In this document: one piece after another, positions 19,477 to 27,843 of the stretch
Layout of the letters: each line of letters begins with the position of its first letter
How positions within the stretch are numbered: position 1 is the first letter of the stretch
NCBI GenBank assembly: GCA_021324535.1
Contig: JAJPIU010000106.1
Location: forward strand, 3,961-67,960
Direction of reading: 5' to 3'
From: Pseudomonadota bacterium
Lineage (GTDB): Bacteria > Chloroflexota > Ktedonobacteria > Ktedonobacterales > JADMIN01
Length of the DNA stretch: 64,000 bases
Notes under the pieces: model-generated
Database searches by the model: none
Seen by the model: the letters and a program-made list of their open reading frames with translations, nothing else
What the model was told of the DNA's origin: nothing
Made by a program: the position numbers and the translations under genes

Positions 19477-20241
19477 CTAGCTGGCGGCGTACTTCTCAGC
19501 GTACTCGTCGGCGATCTCGGCGTTCGTGTAGACGTTTTGCACGTCGTCGAGGTCTTCGAGCTTCTCGATCAGGCGCAGCGTCTGGAGCGATTCTTTCTCG
19601 CCTAGATCAATCTTTGTCTTGGGTACCATCGTCACCTCGGCGCGCGCCACAGTGAGGCTCTGTTTTTCGAGCGCATCGCGCGCCTCGGCCAGACGCGACG
19701 GCTCGGTATAGATCACCAGCGTCTCGTCATCCTCGCCGGGCGTATCCACATCTTCGGCGCCCGCATCGAGCGCGGCAAGCGTCAACTCGTCAATATCGCG
19801 CCCTTCGATGGCTACCTCGATCACGCCGCGCTGCTCAAAAATCCAGTCTACACAACCAGCCTCACCCAGGTTGCCGCCGTTCTTGCTAAACGTGCTGCGT
19901 ACCTCGGCGGCTGTGCGGTTGCGGTTATCGGTAACGGTCTGCACCATCAGCGCCGCGCCGCCCGGCGCATAGCCCTCATACGTGATCTCTTCAAGCGAAG
20001 CGCCTTCGCCGCCGCCCGCCGCGCGCTTGATCGTGCGCTCGATGTTATCCATCGGCATATTCGCGTCGCGCGCCCGCTGGATCGCCATGCGCAGGCGGAA
20101 GTTTGCGTCGGGGTCGGGGCCGCCACCCTCGCGGACTGCGACAACCAGTTCACGTCCTAGCCGGGTGAAAAGCTGCCCGCGTCTGGCGTCGTTGACACCT
20201 TTCTGCCGTCGTATCTGATGCCATTTTGAGTGACCGGACAT
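19477..20241 (-). CDS. yebC: YebC/PmpR-family DNA-binding regulator
   Basis: Start re-set to MSGHSKWHQIRRQKGVNDARRGQLFTRLGRE..., the canonical family N-terminus. The track ORF adds 49 spurious codons. Confidence 0.9.
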   Translation of the reverse strand: MSGHSKWHQIRRQKGVNDARRGQLFTRLGRELVVAVREGGGPDPDANFRLRMAIQRARDANMPMDNIERTIKRAAGGGEGASLEEITYEGYAPGGAALMVQTVTDNRNRTAAEVRSTFSKNGGNLGEAGCVDWIFEQRGVIEVAIEGRDIDELTLAALDAGAEDVDTPGEDDETLVIYTEPSRLAEARDALEKQSLTVARAEVTMVPKTKIDLGEKESLQTLRLIEKLEDLDDVQNVYTNAEIADEYAEKYAAS

Positions 20242-20284
20242 AGTAGTCTGCCCCCTTCGCAATCGTATGGAAACACCTGCACAG

Positions 20285-20316
20285 CCAACAACCAACAACC
20301 AACAACCAACAACCAA
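20285..20316. repeat. 7-bp tandem repeat (ccaacaa x4.5) in the yebC leader
   Basis: ccaacaa|ccaacaa|ccaacaa|ccaacaa|ccaa reads (UUGGUUG)n on the transcribed minus strand. It lies 44-75 nt upstream of the ATG. Confidence 0.85.
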
Positions 20317-20446
20317 GGCGCCCTCTAGCGAGAAGGCGCGCAAAGTGGTTTGCCCACGGAGACCGCCTGTTTCCCTGTAAAACCACATCTAAGCGCGTCT
20401 AGCATTGTATCACAGGATGGCGCCGGGAACGCAAGCGTCAGTGTCA

Positions 20447-22861
20447 CTATTCGAGCGCGTAGGTATAGAAAGCTGTCTGCCCTTGCGCCCCAGTGTGCGC
20501 CGCGAAGACGCCCGGCGGCAACCCTCCATGTGTCTGGAGCAGCGTTTGGAATGAGCCAAGTTGACTGAGAGTAATCACGATGAGAATAGGATGCGTTTGA
20601 GACGTGTGTATGCGCAGGAGGGCAATGATCTCTTGTTGCAAGGTTGCGGGATCGGTGGCGCGTTCGCCCTGCATCTGCGGCTCCAAGAACTGGAAGGTGG
20701 AGTACGTCCAGATCACGCTGTCATCGGTATAGAGTATCACAAATGTCTGTTGGGGCCGGGTCGCCAGGTAGCGCCCAATGTCGGTATATTGCGTGCGCCA
20801 GGTCGCCGTGACCTCGGTAGGATACTCATGGAAATACGCATACCCGCTCCACCCGCCGCTATACACCAACACGGCCAGCGCGCCAAGCCAGAGCGCGCCC
20901 GCGCGGATTATGCGTGCGCGTTCGCCCTCCCAGCGCACCGGCTTTGCCTCAGGATGAAACGCCGCCGTCAGATAGCGCCGCCACATGCGCTCGATCCGCC
21001 ACGATTGGATGACACCGCTGCCAGCCCGCACGACCAGCCGCAGCGTCGCATCGAGCGCAAGCGCCGCCAGCAGGCAGAACGCCGGAACGCCCGCCAGCAG
21101 ACGCGGCCACCAGGGCATATCAATTGTCAGTGCGCCGCCTGCTGTCACCACGCCCACCGTCCAGATCACCAGCAGCAGGCAGAGCGGACGCGAGAGCCGC
21201 AGCAACGCATACCAGAAGCCGATCAATACCAGCGAGGCGACCAGCGTATCGAACATCGGGTAGAGCGGGCCGTATTGCAGGCTCTGGTCGGTCAGGCCAC
21301 CGGGAATCAAGGGGATGGCGGCGAACTGGCGCATGAGGATGTTTGTCATGTTCGTCGTGCCAAACATGCCGATGACGTGCTGGTGTGTCCAGGGGTCGCC
21401 GGTATAGATCAACACTTCGACGGCGCGGCTCTTGAGCGCGTCCTGGTCTTTGTAGAAATAGATGGCCAGCGGGCCAATCGCCACGAGGCTGCTCAGGATC
21501 ATCCAGCCTATCGCGCCGAGCCGCCCTTTGAGCGCGCTGCGGTTGAACACGGCCAGCCCCAGCAGAAAGACTGGAACGATCAGTAGGATGATCCGCGCGC
21601 TGAAGTAGACCTGGAGCGAGAGGCTCAGTCCCACGCCCACCAGCGTCGCGCTGATCAGGCTATTCGTGCGCAACGCGCGTGTCAACGCCCAGAGCGTCAG
21701 CAGGATCACCACGGGCGCATGAATATAATGGATGCCCATGCGGCTGAAGTGGATGGCGATGGTGGAGACGGCGAAGAGCGCGCTGGCAAAAAACGCCGCA
21801 CGTCGCTCGACATACTCACGCGCGAAGCCATAGAGTAGCAGCACAGCCAGCGTCCCCAGGATGACAGACGAGAGACGCAGGCCATACAAACCGGGGCCGG
21901 TGAACAGCATCACCAGCGCAGGCAAGCCGTAGCCCGCGACGGGCAGGCCATACCAGCCGACGGAGAGCAGCGACGGCACACCGCCCTGTAGCCAGCGCAG
22001 CGCCTCGAGTCCGCAGGCCGCCTCGTCGCCATGCACCACATAGGGGATAGCAGTCAGATTGGGCAAACGAAGCGCCAGCGCGCCCACCGTCAGAATGACA
22101 AGCGCCAGGAGATCGGGCGCCCAATCGAACAAAGGAGCACGCACAGCGGAAAGCCAGCGTTGTGGTCGCCAGTGTGTGAAGCCAGGCCAGGGAAGTGAAC
22201 GGGGGCCAATCAGCCAGGCGAGCATGAAAAGGAGCGCGACGCTGCCGATCCAGAGCCACTGCGCAAAAGGGCGCATGGGAGGGTAGAGCGTGTAGATGTC
22301 GGTCAGCAACGAGACGATAAGCACGCCAAGCACGCCAAGCAGCATGAGATACTGGCGAGTGGAAATCTGCTCCCACCAGTTGCCCCTCCCCCGCCAGCGG
22401 GAGAGGGGAAGTTTTGCGGGATCGATACGTTTGGCGCGCCAAAGTTCTTTCCAGCGAGAGCGCCAGGACAATCCGCGCAGGCGACGTAGCGCACGCAGCA
22501 GATCGTCGCCGCCAAGCAACAGCGCCGCGCCAAAGCTGGCGACAAGCGAGATGGCGACGATCAAGGGAGGCGCGCTGACATTCGCCGCGCCGCCACCTGT
22601 GGCCGAATAGGCGCTCAGCCTGACCTGTGTGAAGACAGTGACGCCAAGCAGCGCCAGCCCAAGCGCCGCCATCTCCAGGCGGATCACCCAGGCGGGCGGG
22701 CTACGTCGTCCTTCTTGCTCATCTCGCTCATCGAAAGCGATGGAAAGATCGGGACGCTGCGCCGCGCCTGTTTGCCTGTCCTCCCGCCGGATCGTCGTCA
22801 TAACGCTCCCCGCTTCCCGATCCACAACAAATTGTCCACAGAGAGAAAGACGCCGCATCAT
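20447..22861 (-). CDS. Glycosyltransferase family 39-like (ArnT/PMT-type) polytopic membrane protein
   Basis: 804 aa with more than 10 TM helices. The N-proximal loop is YVVHGDEAACGLEALRWL..., followed by a large C-terminal soluble domain. The start is not resolved (22861 or the internal MTTIRRED). Confidence 0.7.
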   Translation of the reverse strand: MMRRLSLCGQFVVDREAGSVMTTIRREDRQTGAAQRPDLSIAFDERDEQEGRRSPPAWVIRLEMAALGLALLGVTVFTQVRLSAYSATGGGAANVSAPPLIVAISLVASFGAALLLGGDDLLRALRRLRGLSWRSRWKELWRAKRIDPAKLPLSRWRGRGNWWEQISTRQYLMLLGVLGVLIVSLLTDIYTLYPPMRPFAQWLWIGSVALLFMLAWLIGPRSLPWPGFTHWRPQRWLSAVRAPLFDWAPDLLALVILTVGALALRLPNLTAIPYVVHGDEAACGLEALRWLQGGVPSLLSVGWYGLPVAGYGLPALVMLFTGPGLYGLRLSSVILGTLAVLLLYGFAREYVERRAAFFASALFAVSTIAIHFSRMGIHYIHAPVVILLTLWALTRALRTNSLISATLVGVGLSLSLQVYFSARIILLIVPVFLLGLAVFNRSALKGRLGAIGWMILSSLVAIGPLAIYFYKDQDALKSRAVEVLIYTGDPWTHQHVIGMFGTTNMTNILMRQFAAIPLIPGGLTDQSLQYGPLYPMFDTLVASLVLIGFWYALLRLSRPLCLLLVIWTVGVVTAGGALTIDMPWWPRLLAGVPAFCLLAALALDATLRLVVRAGSGVIQSWRIERMWRRYLTAAFHPEAKPVRWEGERARIIRAGALWLGALAVLVYSGGWSGYAYFHEYPTEVTATWRTQYTDIGRYLATRPQQTFVILYTDDSVIWTYSTFQFLEPQMQGERATDPATLQQEIIALLRIHTSQTHPILIVITLSQLGSFQTLLQTHGGLPPGVFAAHTGAQGQTAFYTYALE

Positions 22862-23193
22862 GCCAGCGTGTTCTACGCACTATCATATCATGCGCGGAAA
22901 CAAGCGATGGAACACATCAACCGAGACCGACGGCGGTACTCTAGCGGCTTCAGCAAATTATGCTGCATATCGGTCGCGGTTGGCAGGCAATGCCACGCTT
23001 GTGCCAGAATCGCAGCATGCCAAGTTGCGCACTATGTCCTTCCGGTTCGCCCCGTACGCTTCTCCCTCATAAGGTGCTCCAAACCACGATGGCGCTGGGT
23101 GGGGGGAACGTTCGTATGGAAATCAAGATTAAAGAGTTTCACTATCCGATTGTGTGATTCTGTGGGTCAGCTCGGCGCTGTCCCCTTTTCTAT

Positions 23194-23988
23194 TTAGGCG
23201 GCCAAGCGACGTGTATGCGTGCGCTGATACCAGAAGATGCCGCCGTCCACCGCGAGGAAGAGCGCCGCGATGACGATTGGGATGATGAGGCTGGGGCCGG
23301 GAAGCGCATTGAGGTAGGGGCCGACCTGCTTATCGTGCAGGAACATATTGCCCGCCGTCCACGCCAGCACTAGCGCCGCCACATCCAGCAGCCACGGCAG
23401 ACGATCCATCAGCAGTGCGACGAGCGCGCTGCCTGCCAGCACAATCGCGATGCTGAGCAACAGGCCAATCACCAGCGAGATAATCGCGTTCGTCTCATTG
23501 GCGGTCGAGGTCGCCAGCGCGCCAATCGCCAGGATGTTGTCGAGGCTCATCGTCACATCGGCTACCACAATCGTCAGCAGCGCGCCACGCAGGGTTGTTC
23601 GCGCGCTGGGCGCTTTGTTCTTTTTGCGGCGCTGAGTATGCTCTGATTCTGCCTGCCCTGTTTGTCCTGTCACCTCAGTGGCTTCATCTTTGGCATACTT
23701 CTCTTCTTTTTTGCGGTCGAGCAGCAGCCGCACCGCAATGAAGAGCAGCACGGCGCCGCCGATGGCCTGCAAAAACGGCAGTTGCAGCAGGAAGGTAGCC
23801 AGGATCGCGAAGAGAATGCGTAGAATAATGGCCGCCGCCCCGCCCATCAGGATCGCCGTGCGCCGTTGCGCGCCAGGAAGCGCGGCGGCGGCCACGCCGA
23901 TCACCAGCGCGTTATCGCCACTCAACGCCAGGTCAACCAGTACAATGCCAACAATGGCTCCCAGCAACGTCAACAGTTCACTTGACAT
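23194..23988 (-). CDS. TerC/YjbE-family integral membrane protein
   Basis: Duplicated signature: VDLALSGDNALVIGVAAA and ADVTMSLDNILAIGALA. Start re-set to MSSELLTLLG (the track start 24027 adds 13 codons). Confidence 0.85.
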   Translation of the reverse strand: MSSELLTLLGAIVGIVLVDLALSGDNALVIGVAAAALPGAQRRTAILMGGAAAIILRILFAILATFLLQLPFLQAIGGAVLLFIAVRLLLDRKKEEKYAKDEATEVTGQTGQAESEHTQRRKKNKAPSARTTLRGALLTIVVADVTMSLDNILAIGALATSTANETNAIISLVIGLLLSIAIVLAGSALVALLMDRLPWLLDVAALVLAWTAGNMFLHDKQVGPYLNALPGPSLIIPIVIAALFLAVDGGIFWYQRTHTRRLAA

Positions 23989-24339
23989 GGAATACGCGCT
24001 GCTCTCTCTCTGATGATGGGCAAGCATCTCGCCCGGTGTTTATGCGACAAGAAGTGTACTCGCTGAACTCTTCCGGTCTACGCATTGTACGCTTACGGTT
24101 TGGCTGGGGTTGGAGGCGTGATCGCGCTGCCGTGTGCGCCGCTTACCCCCTCATGTCTCCTCATACAAAGTATATACCAGTTCACCAGTGGCATTTTTGG
24201 AACGGCAATCGCTAGGAGGAGGTAGCGTCAAAGCGGTGTTACAGTGCGTTACGCTATGGTATGCTATGCGCAGCCAGCCGCACGAAGAACATAACACACC
24301 AATGTTGAGGGTTTCGTCAGAGAGGATGGTTCCCCGCCT

Positions 24340-26694
24340 ATGAGTACATCGCCATCGGGCCAGAGCGCCACAGGCATAACGCCCACCTCAAAAGACTTCC
24401 GCCCCCTGGGGAATGACACGTTTGAGGCCGATCTGCGTGTTTCCGAGCCGGATACCGCCGCCGAACGCCTGCAACGTGTTGTCTTTGGGAACCCCATCCC
24501 CGAGAATCTTGCCGGAAACGAGCAGCTCGACCGCATACGCGCGCTGGCGATCCTCTCGTCCGATGCGCTCTCGTCGGTGGCCTATGGCACAGAGGCGTCG
24601 CTTGCTGTGTTGGTGGTGGCCGGGGCGGCGGCGTTGAGCGCGAATCTTGGCATCGGGCTGGTGACGGCGTTCTTGATGCTGATCGTCGGCGCGTCGTATC
24701 AGCAGACCATCCATGCCTATCCCAGCGGAGGTGGTAGCTATATCGTTGCGCGGGCCAACATCGGCGCCATCGCCGGACTGATTGCCGCCGCCGCGCTGCT
24801 GGTGGACTATTTGCTGACCGTCTCGGTGAGTGTCGCGGCGGGCATTGACGCCATCGCCTCAGCGCTTCCCGTACTCACTCCCTACACGCTCTGGCTCGAC
24901 ATCGGCGCCATTGTCTTCATCACCCTCATCAACCTGCGTGGCCTGCGTGAGTCGGGAACTGTCTTCGCCCTGCCTACCTACCTCTTTCTGTTCAGCTTTG
25001 GGCTGATGTTAGTGTTGGGCATTATCCATGCGTTCCAGGGAGGGCTGGCGACGCCTGTTCACCCGTCGGCGCATGCGATCTTGCTCTTCCCAGGCGCGGG
25101 GCAATCGATCTCGCTGCTGCTGATTCTGACGGCGTTCGCATCGGGCTGTTCGGCGATGACGGGTGTAGAGGCGATCTCCAATGGTGTGCCCGTCTTCAAG
25201 GGGGAACAACCCCAGGAACGCTCACGCAACGCCGCCAGCACATTAGCAGTGATGATCGTGTTACTGGCCAGCTTCTTCCTGGGAACCACCTACCTCGCAT
25301 GGCGATTTGGCGCCATTCCCTCGCCAACCGGCAGCCCCACCGTCACCGCGCAGATCGCCAGCGCCGTCTTTACTGGCCCGTTCTCGTGGCTATTCTACAT
25401 TGTCCAGGCGGCGACGCTGCTGATTCTAGTCTTCGCCGCAAACACCTCCTTTGCTGACTTTCCGCGCTTGCTCTCTATTCTGGCGCGAGATAGCTTTGCT
25501 CCCGCGCTTTTCTCCTATCGCGGTGAGCGGTTGGCGTTCACGGCGGGTATCTGCGTGCTGGGCGTGTTGAGCGCGGGCTTGCTTTGGATCTTCCGGGGCG
25601 ACGTAACGAATCTGATCAACCTGTATGCGCTTGGCGTGTTCACGGCGTTCACGCTCTCGCAGACCGGGATGGTGCTCCATTGGTGGCGACGCAGGAACGA
25701 GGCGAAATGGCGCAGGCGCATCGCCATCAACAGTCTTGGCGCGTTCATGACGGGCGTAGTAACTGTGGTGATCGCCGTGGCGAAGTTCGACCGTGGCGCC
25801 TGGGTGACGGTGATCATCATTCCTACGTTGGTGTTTCTTTTCCTGGCGACACGCCGCTACTATGAGCGCCCTCGCAGCGTTCACCTCGACGCCGCAACGC
25901 GCGCACGCCGCGCCGAGATCGCGCTTGTCCCTATCTTCTCCCATCAACCGTTGCCTGTCTCCCCACGAGAGTTTGCTGCGGTTCAACGCATGGTTAGTGG
26001 CGATCATCGGGCGCGCCAGACAGGAACACAAATCCCGCCGAGTGGAGATGAAACGCAATCGGTCGTCCGCTCCGCCGGAGAGCAAGCGGCAGAGCATACC
26101 AACCCACATCGGCTCACCTGGCCGCAGGTGGTGGAGCAAGAGCTTGATTATGCGCTGGATGTGGCTCCGAAGGTAATCGTGTTGCATGTGGTGGAGAACG
26201 AGCATGAAGGGAAGCTGTTCCGCATCGCATGGCAGCATTACCTGGCGAGCCAGCGGCGGGAGCATCCGCAGCGCGCGAAACAGTTGGGGCGCGTAGATAT
26301 TGAGATTCTCGTCGCGCCGTATCGCACCATCGTTCTGCCATTGGTCAATTTCATCCGCTGGCGCTGCCACGATGTCTATAAGGGGAGGCGTGTGGCCGTG
26401 CTGTTGCCTCGCCAGATCAACCGCAAGTGGTGGGAATGGCCGTTGCAGCGGCGTGTGGCGCGACGAGTGCGCCGCGCCTTGCAGGCGGATGGCGACATCA
26501 AGGTGATTGACGTGCCCTATACGCTAGGCAAGTGGGGCAAGGATGGGCCAGCCGGCCAGCGGGTGAACGACGGGCCAACTGACAATCCCGCGCAGGACGC
26601 CGCTCTAGGACAAACGCAAGCGGACGGCAGTAGCCAGGGTTCCGGCGATGGGGGTGCGGAAACCAATGACGCAGGGGAAACGATTGGGGAGTGA
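24340..26694 (+). CDS. KimA-like APC-superfamily K+/H+ symporter with a long cytoplasmic C-terminal domain
   Basis: 784 aa. ALAILSSDALSSVAYGTEASLAVL, AYPSGGGSYIVA, LLVDYLLTVSVSVAAG and FASGCSAMTGVEAISNGVP match the KimA (YdaO) pattern as I remember it. The tail is acidic and Gly-rich. Confidence 0.75.
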   Translation: MSTSPSGQSATGITPTSKDFRPLGNDTFEADLRVSEPDTAAERLQRVVFGNPIPENLAGNEQLDRIRALAILSSDALSSVAYGTEASLAVLVVAGAAALSANLGIGLVTAFLMLIVGASYQQTIHAYPSGGGSYIVARANIGAIAGLIAAAALLVDYLLTVSVSVAAGIDAIASALPVLTPYTLWLDIGAIVFITLINLRGLRESGTVFALPTYLFLFSFGLMLVLGIIHAFQGGLATPVHPSAHAILLFPGAGQSISLLLILTAFASGCSAMTGVEAISNGVPVFKGEQPQERSRNAASTLAVMIVLLASFFLGTTYLAWRFGAIPSPTGSPTVTAQIASAVFTGPFSWLFYIVQAATLLILVFAANTSFADFPRLLSILARDSFAPALFSYRGERLAFTAGICVLGVLSAGLLWIFRGDVTNLINLYALGVFTAFTLSQTGMVLHWWRRRNEAKWRRRIAINSLGAFMTGVVTVVIAVAKFDRGAWVTVIIIPTLVFLFLATRRYYERPRSVHLDAATRARRAEIALVPIFSHQPLPVSPREFAAVQRMVSGDHRARQTGTQIPPSGDETQSVVRSAGEQAAEHTNPHRLTWPQVVEQELDYALDVAPKVIVLHVVENEHEGKLFRIAWQHYLASQRREHPQRAKQLGRVDIEILVAPYRTIVLPLVNFIRWRCHDVYKGRRVAVLLPRQINRKWWEWPLQRRVARRVRRALQADGDIKVIDVPYTLGKWGKDGPAGQRVNDGPTDNPAQDAALGQTQADGSSQGSGDGGAETNDAGETIGE

Positions 26695-26900
26695 GCAAGT
26701 GGGCGCATGAACGTGCGCCTGGAGGCGGCGCTACAAAGTCTGCCTGATACGTACGCTGCACTCCTGGGTGGCAGAGGTGTTAGGGTTGGCATGCGTGAGT
26801 GTGGAGCGCAACGATGAGTATCACGAACTGAGCCGAACATCAATACCCAGGCTCGTGGCGCTAGCCGATTTTCAAGGCGAATGTACCCGACTTTGGCTAC

Positions 26901-27660
26901 TCAGCTTTCCTGGCTCAGGGGAGCCAGTTCTAACAGGTCGTAGGTATTGCGATGCACTCCTATTCCATGCTCGACAAGAAGAGCTACCAATTGCTTACCA
27001 TTCATAAGCGCCACCGGGACAGCATCCCCTCGCTCAGCCTCAACTCGCGCCCCAGAACTAAAATCGCTGGTGGTGATGATGAGTCCTTGCTCATGTGTTC
27101 CTAATGCGCCGCGTACTTGCTGTATCGTTGGAGCCTGGACATTGGTTTTCCATCGCTTCACTTGCACAGCCATACGTGTACGAATGACATCGCCTACAAC
27201 GAGTGTTCCGCGTACATCAATGCCACCATCCCCCGACCAGTTTGTAACCTCAACCTTCTCAAATCCAATAGTCGCAAGCATCTCGCCAATCAGTGACTCG
27301 AATTGGTCAGGAGGCATTGAGGTAAGTTGTGTAAGCATCTGTAAGTGAACGCTTGCATTATGGCGTTCGATTTGCGCAGCCAGTCCTTGATCTTCCTGCC
27401 AACGGCTCAAGCCGAGAAAGCCGCACCCTAGCTTGACAAAGCGTGGCGAAACACCACGCTTGTTTCTTCTTGCAATTTCTTCCAGTACAGAGGCATAGAG
27501 GGTAGCTTCGGGGGTTCTGCCATTTGTCTCAATAAGACCAAGCGAGAATGCCTGCTGCGTAATATCACGGTAATGGAGCGGCTGCTGCTTTCCGGAAAAT
27601 TTCCAACACTTGCTCAGCGGCATCGGTAAACGAGAGTACGTACTCGTGAGCTAGAGCCAA
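26901..27660 (-). pseudogene. Mrr-like type IV restriction endonuclease (HARE-HTH plus Mrr_cat), interrupted by a 1-nt frameshift
   Basis: The track ORF (26901..27623) carries the Mrr_cat core (WSGDGGIDVRGTLVV...MAVQVKRW...GLIITTSDFSSGA). The true N-terminus, ALAHEYVLSFTDAAEQVLEIF, is in another frame and stops 9 codons after the A4/T4 run at 27596-27602. The local GC is low (27/60 at 27241-27300). Confidence 0.7.
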
Positions 27661-27843
27661 TGCACAGGCGTCTTGAATGATATGTGTAACACGCCTCGTT
27701 GTACAATATGGCATAAGCCCTCACTTTGGCGTCTTCGTCGCGTATGACGCCGCGCTCTCGTAATAATCCTGTTATGCGCGATTGATACGCTATCTATTGC
27801 CTGATCAGGCGCGGGCCTTGCCGCCCGCAGGAGGAGTACACCG

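Noticed and set aside
20561-21586. 341-aa plus-strand ORF antisense to the GT39-like gene
   Set aside because: It is a low-complexity Arg/His/Gln/Ala translation, whereas the opposite strand encodes a coherent polytopic membrane protein.
24028-24240. yybP-ykoY (Mn2+) riboswitch upstream of the TerC-family gene
   Set aside because: TerC genes often carry this riboswitch. The leader does contain GGGGGUAAGCGG and GUAGACC, which faintly resemble the conserved GGGGAGUAGCG and GCAAGACC blocks. However, I could not build the four-helix architecture or a P1 pairing by eye, and the order of the blocks is doubtful. A covariance-model scan (RF00080) is needed.
24180-24339. c-di-AMP (ydaO-type) riboswitch upstream of the KimA-like gene
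   Set aside because: B. subtilis kimA is controlled this way. An AAUCGCUAGG start-like string is present, but none of the other conserved blocks I remember (GGGGACCCA, GGGUGAAUC, CAGCUAACC) occur in the leader.
25426-26370. 314-aa minus-strand ORF antisense to the KimA-like transporter
   Set aside because: It has the shadow-ORF composition and no recognisable domain. The plus strand matches a known transporter architecture end to end.
27634-27645. Perfect 12-bp palindrome GAGTACGTACTC upstream of the Mrr-like ORF as a possible controller-protein operator
   Set aside because: Once the frameshift is recognised, the palindrome lies inside the original N-terminal coding sequence (HEYVLS) and not in a promoter.
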